Below, one piece after another: positions 1 to 5,828 of a stretch of DNA of 12,446 bases; positions within the stretch are counted from its first letter, which is position 1; each line of letters starts with the position of its first letter. Position numbers and translations under genes: made by a program. A model generated the notes under the pieces. That model saw nothing but the letters and a program-made list of their open reading frames with translations. It was not told the origin of the DNA and did no database searches. The stretch comes from Bdellovibrionales bacterium (lineage in GTDB: Bacteria; Bdellovibrionota; Bdellovibrionia; Bdellovibrionales; UBA840). Location of the stretch: assembly GCA_037969075.1 (NCBI GenBank), contig JBBKWS010000044.1:1-12446 (forward strand), in the 5' to 3' direction.

Positions 1-2139
1 GAAATCATTAATGCTGCTAGCCGCGGTGTGAAGGTGCGAATTCTTGTAGATTATATTACTAACTATGGAAAACTAGATACGCTATTAGCCATGCAAAAAG
101 CTGTAAATACTACGCGTGGCGGTTCTATCGAATTTAGACTTTACGGTAGACCAACTCCAAATATAATTAAAGATGCGATATATATGACAACACCTTGTAG
201 CGAAGCAAATCGTGCGCCAGGTAAAGAGGTTGCATGTACAGCAGAAAAGAAGCCAATAGCTGACAAGATGCAAGCGGCAAAAGGGATGGATGCATATAAT
301 TATAATACAGGATATTCTGGAATCTTTTTATCAGGGTTTTACGCAAAAAGCCCAGCTGCCTCAAATCTAGCGCTAGTTGCTGGTGGTAAATTTGATCCAT
401 CAACATTGAATTCTGGTAGTGATGGTAAGCCAATGAGTGAAGAAGATAAAAAAGGTCTAATTGATCTTTTAAAACTTTATAAAGAAGTTAAAATTGAAGG
501 TAAAATATTGTCAGCTATCAAATTACAAGCTGCTATGCTTTTTTATGGTGATGAAGTAAAGGGTGTAATCAACTTAATTGATAAAGTGTTTCCAGCGGGA
601 CAAGATTCTTATGATGTAAGCGCAGGAAAAGAAGATATGCGCGGAAAAGATTGGGATCATATTACTGATTTTATCCATCATAAGTTGTTGTTAGCTGATA
701 ATAATGAATTACTAATTGGTGGTCGTAATATTGAGAACTCATATCACATGGATAAAAATCCAAGTGGTAAATATGTTTTTATGGATACAGATATTCATAT
801 GAGCCTTTCTGAAAAATCTGGTGTTAAAGTGCAAGCTACATTCAATGATCTTTGGAATTTTAAAGTAATGGTTGCCACGACGGATGAAATTTTAAGACAT
901 GCGCCAAATGACACGCAAGTAGAATTAGATAAGTGTGCTAAAGCAGCTAAGGATGCAGCGACTTGTTTTGCAAGCGTTAGTGTGCAGTTAACTACACAAA
1001 AAGGACTAGATGCTTCTAGAAGAACTCGTGAATTAGATGCTCTTTCGATATTAAATGACAGAGCTAACGAGTTTGATAAGAATCTAAGAAAAAATCCAGG
1101 ATCAAGTCCATCTTTTGTGGTTGATAGAGATGCAAAAATTTCTTATATCGAAAATATTCCATTTACTCTAGGTAATAAAACAAAAAGAAACTACGGTGCT
1201 AAACTTAATAGCGAAGAAGACTCTGGTAAGTACATCCATAAATTATGGATGAAGGGTATGCTTGATACATGTAAGACAAAAGAAAAAAAGAATGTATACT
1301 TACATCAAGCGTACTATTTGCCTCCATCTAATTTAATGCAGGTACTATCAGCGATGACTAAGACAATGAAAGAAGGATCTTCAAACTATAATGCTGATTA
1401 CAAAGATTTAGATTGTAGCAATGTTACGATTAAAGTTGTAACTAACTCTGTGGCTACAACAGATCTAAGTGTTATCAATATATTTAGTCGTCACCAGATG
1501 CACAGTCTTTTGAAAGCAATTGAGATAGCAAAAAGTAAGAAAGCTGCAAGCTTAGAATATTATGAGTATAAGCCGCAAGCGGGAACTACAAAGTCGTTAC
1601 ATACAAAGGTGTCTTTAATGGGCGATGTAGCAATCATAGGTTCAGCTAACGCTGACATTAGAAGTTATATGATGGATACCAACAATGGTGTGTTAATTCA
1701 AAATGCTAAGAGTTTTGTAGCTTCATACGGTGAATTTATGGAATCTCTTATTTCTAATTCGTCTGTAACACAAAGAATGGATGTAGAATGGAGAGACTAT
1801 AAAAAGTATGATTCAAATAATCAGGCTGCCCTAAAAGCAGAGACTGAGTACTTAGTAGATGAAATGGCAAGAGTGGCAAAAGCTAGTGGCAAATCATGGC
1901 CTACAGCTAGCCGAGTGGAAACGATGAAACTTACGCTATTATCTGCTATGTCAGATGTTCGTAATAAATCTGATACATCTGCTCAAAACATAACGATCAT
2001 TGACGACAGCCTTAGAAAGCAGTTAGAGAAAACAAGCACTAGCAGTCGCCCTAATTCTGGTTTAGGTAGATTTTATCGTAAGCTAAAGCAATCTGAAGGT
2101 GAGCTAGAAGACTTTGACCAAATGTATAAAACTTTATAA
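1..2139 (+). CDS. Phospholipase D superfamily protein (two HKD-type motifs, cardiolipin synthase ClsC/YmdC-like signature), 5'-truncated by the window edge
   Basis: Frame is open from base 1 (EIINAASRGVKVRILVDY, the typical PLD 'AAxRGVKVRILVD' segment), so GTG at 28 is an internal Val, not the start. Motif 1 HHKLLLAD-x6-GGRN at 676-729; motif 2 HTKVSLMGDVAIIGSANADIRS at 1600-1665, followed by MDTNNGVLI. Stop TAA at 2137-2139. Confidence 0.88.
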   Translation, partial: EIINAASRGVKVRILVDYITNYGKLDTLLAMQKAVNTTRGGSIEFRLYGRPTPNIIKDAIYMTTPCSEANRAPGKEVACTAEKKPIADKMQAAKGMDAYNYNTGYSGIFLSGFYAKSPAASNLALVAGGKFDPSTLNSGSDGKPMSEEDKKGLIDLLKLYKEVKIEGKILSAIKLQAAMLFYGDEVKGVINLIDKVFPAGQDSYDVSAGKEDMRGKDWDHITDFIHHKLLLADNNELLIGGRNIENSYHMDKNPSGKYVFMDTDIHMSLSEKSGVKVQATFNDLWNFKVMVATTDEILRHAPNDTQVELDKCAKAAKDAATCFASVSVQLTTQKGLDASRRTRELDALSILNDRANEFDKNLRKNPGSSPSFVVDRDAKISYIENIPFTLGNKTKRNYGAKLNSEEDSGKYIHKLWMKGMLDTCKTKEKKNVYLHQAYYLPPSNLMQVLSAMTKTMKEGSSNYNADYKDLDCSNVTIKVVTNSVATTDLSVINIFSRHQMHSLLKAIEIAKSKKAASLEYYEYKPQAGTTKSLHTKVSLMGDVAIIGSANADIRSYMMDTNNGVLIQNAKSFVASYGEFMESLISNSSVTQRMDVEWRDYKKYDSNNQAALKAETEYLVDEMARVAKASGKSWPTASRVETMKLTLLSAMSDVRNKSDTSAQNITIIDDSLRKQLEKTSTSSRPNSGLGRFYRKLKQSEGELEDFDQMYKTL

Positions 2140-2153
2140 ATTAAAGTTAAAAC

Positions 2154-3560
2154 TTATAAAGGGGTAGGCTTAGGCTTACCCTTTTTATTTTTGTATATAA
2201 AATATGACCCAAACAAGATCTGAGTGAGCAGGGCAACATATAAAGAGTCAATCCCTGCAAGCATTTCGCCTTTTGGTATTAGCTGCCATATAGTGATAGA
2301 ACTTACGGCGATAAAGACTAGGGTAATAAATTGAGACTCAGAGATTTGTTTTGGAAAATACAGTGTGTAGCAAATCGGAAGTAACAGTGATCCCGCAAAA
2401 TATGACCCCATCACTTTCCAGGCGACTCGGATATTTCCTTCAAAAAAGAAGCTCAGCGAAAAAGAGATAAGACCTACAAACAGCAAGCTTAAACGGTGAA
2501 CCATTTTTTTACTTTTTACCTTAGGTAATAAATCATATGCTATCGTATTACTAGCTACAAATAGATATGAATCAAGTGTCGAGAGAATGGTAGCTAAAAT
2601 CCCTGCTAAAAAAAATCCCCGTAATCCATGCGGCAGTAGATCCAAGGCATAGGTAATATAAGCCTGATTTGGATCAAGGTTAGGCATGTGGGCCCTAGCA
2701 TACATGGCGCCAAAGGTTGTACAAATATCAAATAAGCACCAAATGATAGTTGAGATAAAAATACCATTTCTAGCAACAACGCTATTTTTAGCTGCCAAAA
2801 TTCTTTGGTAAAAATTTGGATCGACTAAGGTAGATAGAGCGATAAATCCCCAGACAATAGTGGCACCTATTCCATGTCCACCGGTGATCGAAAAATGTGT
2901 TTCTGGGAGGTTGGCAGTCAGATAGTCCCAGCCACCAAAAGTAAGCACCGAAAATACTAATACAATAGCAACCGAAAAGCACATTACAAGAAATTGAATA
3001 ACATCTGAATAGACCACTGATCTAAAGCCTGACAAGGAAGAGTACAGAATAGCTATAGCTGTGCCTAATAAAGAATAGTAATATAAGTTTCCGCCAAATA
3101 TGGCCTGTAAAAAAATTCCGATACTAATGGTATATGCGATAGGAATTACATTAATAAAATTAAAGACAGCTGCAACCTTGGCCGCCTTTTTACCAAATAA
3201 TTTTTCAACTAGTTCGGGTAGAGTAACTACATTATGGGCTCTTATTTTTTTAACAAAAAATAATGCCATTAAAATATAGGTGACGTACCAAAATAAACCT
3301 TGGGTTACAAAATTGTAAATACCAGATTCGTAGGCGATGCGTGTAACCCCTAAGATACCGCCATACCAAGTGGCTACCAAGGTAGCTACAAATAAGGGTA
3401 GGGTGAGAGTTCTACCCATTAAGATATAGTCTAAAACATTTAGATCATTTCTTTTGGTGGCTTGCCTACGGTATGCATAGATTGCGGCTAAAAAAGTGAT
3501 TAGCAGAATGGCAAAAAAAACTAAATAGTCGGTAGTGTTTAGGGATGAATATTGCGTCAT
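2154..3560 (-). CDS. Sodium:solute symporter (SSS/SLC5) family transporter, TPP-riboswitch-controlled, probable thiamine or thiamine-precursor importer (ThiV-like); 468 aa
   Basis: About 13 hydrophobic segments. SSS hallmarks: DYILMGRTL..ATLVATWYGG, TLPELVEKLFG, YSSLSGFRSVVYSDVIQ, DPNFYQRILAAK, GILATILSTLDS. Start reassigned to ATG at 3560 (MTQYSSL...) because the 36 extra codons of the 3668 ORF run through the riboswitch and GGAGG lies 8 nt upstream of this ATG. Substrate is inferred from the riboswitch only. Confidence 0.9.
   Translation of the reverse strand: MTQYSSLNTTDYLVFFAILLITFLAAIYAYRRQATKRNDLNVLDYILMGRTLTLPLFVATLVATWYGGILGVTRIAYESGIYNFVTQGLFWYVTYILMALFFVKKIRAHNVVTLPELVEKLFGKKAAKVAAVFNFINVIPIAYTISIGIFLQAIFGGNLYYYSLLGTAIAILYSSLSGFRSVVYSDVIQFLVMCFSVAIVLVFSVLTFGGWDYLTANLPETHFSITGGHGIGATIVWGFIALSTLVDPNFYQRILAAKNSVVARNGIFISTIIWCLFDICTTFGAMYARAHMPNLDPNQAYITYALDLLPHGLRGFFLAGILATILSTLDSYLFVASNTIAYDLLPKVKSKKMVHRLSLLFVGLISFSLSFFFEGNIRVAWKVMGSYFAGSLLLPICYTLYFPKQISESQFITLVFIAVSSITIWQLIPKGEMLAGIDSLYVALLTQILFGSYFIYKNKKGKPKPTPL
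2158..2192 (+). terminator. Intrinsic (Rho-independent) terminator of the PLD transcript, lying inside the 3' end of the opposite-strand symporter CDS
   Basis: AAAGGGGTAGGC-TTAG-GCTTACCCTTTT: core stem 2162-2169/2174-2181 (one G-U), extendable to 12 bp, 4-nt loop, followed by TTTTTATTTTT (2182-2192), about 20 nt after the PLD stop. Confidence 0.75.
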
Positions 3561-3561
3561 A

Positions 3562-3633
3562 CGACTTTCCTCCGCTGGTATTAACCAGATCAGGTTATAC
3601 GGGTGTTTCTCAGCCATTAGGCACCCCGAGTCG
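3562..3633 (-). promoter_or_regulatory. TPP (THI-box) riboswitch
   Basis: Minus strand reads CGACUCGGGGUGCCUAAUGGCUGAGAAACACCCGUAUAACCUGAUCUGGUUAAUACCAGCGGAGGAAAGUCG: P1 CGACU/AGUCG, P2 GGGUG/CACCC, minimal P3 with UAAU loop, conserved UGAGAA junction, P4 CCU/AGG, P5 CUGGU/ACCAG with UAAU loop. Closely follows the E. coli thiM aptamer pattern. Confidence 0.97.
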
Positions 3634-3710
3634 ACTATGCTTATCAAACAGTTTAGCTGACAAGTCAATGAAATCCTTATAGTTTAAGCTTTAAACGAAA
3701 GGTAAAAACC

Positions 3711-5087
3711 ATGTACGTAACTAGCTCTAGTCAGCCTATAGATATAATTTGTGTTACAAAAAAAGACGTAGATTCATTGCAGTTAGCACCAAATCAGGCG
3801 CAACAAATTAAAGAGACGGGCTTTGATGGAACAAGACTTACGTATCAGCTTTTATATACAGATGCAGGAAAATTAGCACAGGTTATAGCTGGTACTCAAA
3901 GCATCGAAGACGATCCACGTAATTGGATTCGTTTAGGTGCACTTCTTTCTGCTAACTTACCAAAAGGGCGAGAGTACAAGCTAACCAATACAAAGGCAGA
4001 GTGTTCTGAAGAGTTTGCATTAGGTTGGGGGCTTGCGACGTATCAGTTTCAAAACTTTAAAAGTGGCAAAAAGATAAACTTCACATCTCAATTAATTATA
4101 GACAAAGAGCTTAGTAAAAAATTAGAGCAAGAAGTTGCGGCCGTTAGCTTAGCAAGAGATTTAGTAAACACACCAAGTAACGAGTTGCGCCCTTCTCACT
4201 TTTCTAAAATCGCTGAAGACATGGCAAAACAATATAATCTTACATGCAAGATCATTGAAGGGGACGATTTATTAAAAAACAATTACCCCATGATCCATGC
4301 AGTCGGTAGAGGCAGCGATAATGCTCCAAGATTGATTGAGCTTCGTGGTGGCAAGGGTAAACACAAACTTACTATTATTGGTAAGGCAGTATGTTTTGAT
4401 ACAGGTGGATACGATATTAAGCCTAGTAATGGTATGCGCAACATGAAAAAAGACATGGGTGGAGGAGCTCTAACCCTAGCTTTGACAAAATGGTTGTGTG
4501 AAGAAAATTTAGATATCTCTCTCAGGGTTTTAATTCCAGCTGTTGAAAACCGTATTTCTGATAATGCATTTTTACCAGGGGACATTATTAAAACAAGACT
4601 TGGAAAGTTTGTAGAAATTGATAATACAGATGCTGAAGGACGCTTAGTGCTTTGTGATGCATTAGCTGCAGCTGGTGAAGAAGAGCACGACATGATTATT
4701 GATTTTGCTACTTTGACCGGGGCTTGCCGCGTAGCTTTAGGCCCTGATATGCCGGGATTTTTTACAGCAAATGATTCTTGGGCAGATGAGCTGCAATCAT
4801 TAAGTTTTACGTGCAAAGATCCAGTATGGCGACTTCCTTTATGGAAGCCCTATGTTAACATGCTAAAAAGCGGACCAGCAGACATGGCGAATTCAGCAGG
4901 CTCTGGGTTTGCGGGTGCCATTACAGCAGCGCTTTATTTAAAAGAGTTTGTTAAAGATGCTAACAAATGGATGCATTTTGATACTTATTGCTGGAGTGAT
5001 GATTCAAAACCTGGCACTCCGCAAGGCGGAGACACGCAATCACTAAGAAGTGTGTTTAGATTTTTACAAAAAAAGTATAAGAACTAA
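3711..5087 (+). CDS. Leucyl aminopeptidase, peptidase M17 family (PepA/PepB-like)
   Basis: ARDLVNTPSN, IHAVGRGS, GKAVCFDTGGYDIK, MKKDMGG, NTDAEGRLVLCD (M17 signature), DFATLTGA, WRLPL, AGAITAALYL. SD-like GAAAGG upstream of ATG 3711. Confidence 0.95.
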   Translation: MYVTSSSQPIDIICVTKKDVDSLQLAPNQAQQIKETGFDGTRLTYQLLYTDAGKLAQVIAGTQSIEDDPRNWIRLGALLSANLPKGREYKLTNTKAECSEEFALGWGLATYQFQNFKSGKKINFTSQLIIDKELSKKLEQEVAAVSLARDLVNTPSNELRPSHFSKIAEDMAKQYNLTCKIIEGDDLLKNNYPMIHAVGRGSDNAPRLIELRGGKGKHKLTIIGKAVCFDTGGYDIKPSNGMRNMKKDMGGGALTLALTKWLCEENLDISLRVLIPAVENRISDNAFLPGDIIKTRLGKFVEIDNTDAEGRLVLCDALAAAGEEEHDMIIDFATLTGACRVALGPDMPGFFTANDSWADELQSLSFTCKDPVWRLPLWKPYVNMLKSGPADMANSAGSGFAGAITAALYLKEFVKDANKWMHFDTYCWSDDSKPGTPQGGDTQSLRSVFRFLQKKYKN

Positions 5088-5115
5088 TCAGACCCTAACA
5101 ATGTCTAGTTATAGT
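5082..5115 (+). promoter_or_regulatory. Putative PHO-box-type direct repeat plus -10 element of the phoB-phoR promoter
   Basis: AACTAAT-CAGA-CCCTAAC (5082-5099; cores CTAAT 5084 and CTAAC 5095, 11 bp apart), then exactly 10 bp, then TATAGT (5110-5115). The same motif recurs upstream of pstS. Confidence 0.7.
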
Positions 5116-5137
5116 TTTTAAAAAAATGGAGACTTTC

Positions 5138-5827
5138 ATGAAGCAAAGAAAAATCGTCTATGTCATCGAAGATGAAGAAGATATTGCCGAGCTTTTACGT
5201 TTTAATCTGACCTTAGAGGGTTATGAGTTAAAGACATTCCCTTCTGGTGAAGTAGGCTTAAAGGCTGTGCTAGAGAGTCCTCCAGATCTTTTATTGTTAG
5301 ATTTAATGCTTCCCGGGATGAGTGGTCTTGATATATGTAAAGAGATTAGGTCCAACAAAAATACAATGTCACTTCCTATCATCATGTTAACTGCAAAGGG
5401 TGAAGAGCAAGATATTGTTAGAGGCCTTGAGATAGGGGCTGATGATTATATCCCTAAGCCATTTAGTCCTAAAATTTTGAATGCCAGGGTTTCTGCATTA
5501 TTTCGAAGAGACCGCCAACATGTGCCAGACAAAGTTTCTACTATTAAACTTCGTGAGCTAGAGGTCCATCCAGGGCGTCATGAAGTTTTAGTGAGCGGTG
5601 AAAAAGTTGATTTAACTCATTCTGAATTTCAAATCTTACACTTTTTAGTAATGCGACCAGGTTGGGTCTTTACTAGGGGGCAAATTGTTGATGCCATTCG
5701 TGGAGAAAACTATGCGGTCACTGATAGATCAATAGACTTTCAGATGGTGGGGCTTCGTAAAAAATTGGGTATTGTAGGTGATTACATAGAAACTGTTCGT
5801 GGCGTAGGCTACAAGTTTAAAGAGTAA
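5138..5827 (+). CDS. phoB: OmpR/PhoB-family response regulator, phosphate regulon regulator PhoB/PhoP; 229 aa
   Basis: Receiver domain (VIEDEEDI, LLLLDLMLP with phosphoacceptor Asp, IIMLTAK, GADDYIPKPF) plus winged helix (LTHSEFQIL, VFTRGQI, IETVRGVGYKF). Adjacent to a PhoR-like kinase and pstSCAB. Start 5138 is preferred over 5126 because GGAG (5128-5131) lies 6 nt upstream of it. Confidence 0.88.
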   Translation: MKQRKIVYVIEDEEDIAELLRFNLTLEGYELKTFPSGEVGLKAVLESPPDLLLLDLMLPGMSGLDICKEIRSNKNTMSLPIIMLTAKGEEQDIVRGLEIGADDYIPKPFSPKILNARVSALFRRDRQHVPDKVSTIKLRELEVHPGRHEVLVSGEKVDLTHSEFQILHFLVMRPGWVFTRGQIVDAIRGENYAVTDRSIDFQMVGLRKKLGIVGDYIETVRGVGYKFKE

Positions 5828-5828
5828 A

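Noticed and set aside
28..30. GTG start of the 703-aa ORF
   Set aside because: The frame is open to base 1 and the GTG is the Val of the conserved RGVKVR PLD segment; the real start lies upstream of the window.
85..433. Short minus-strand ORFs (62 and 88 aa)
   Set aside because: Antisense shadows of the PLD gene with no recognisable motifs.
2127..2160. Imperfect direct repeat TAAAACTT(T)ATAAA spanning both stop codons
   Set aside because: Very AT-rich with only two copies and no associated mobile element; cannot be distinguished from chance or a small local duplication.
3629..3636. Palindrome AGTCGACT at the 5' edge of the riboswitch as a possible anti-P1 element
   Set aside because: The two halves overlap with no loop, so it cannot form an intramolecular hairpin.
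3561..3668. 36-aa N-terminal extension of the symporter (start at 3668)
   Set aside because: It is the translation of the TPP riboswitch and promoter region; the SD-supported ATG is at 3560.
4380..4420. GKAVCFD instead of the usual GKG(V/I)xFD in the aminopeptidase
   Set aside because: Conservative Gly to Ala change; the metal-binding and catalytic Lys, Asp, Glu and Arg motifs are intact.
4283..4816. 177-aa minus-strand ORF
   Set aside because: Antisense shadow of the conserved catalytic domain of the M17 aminopeptidase.
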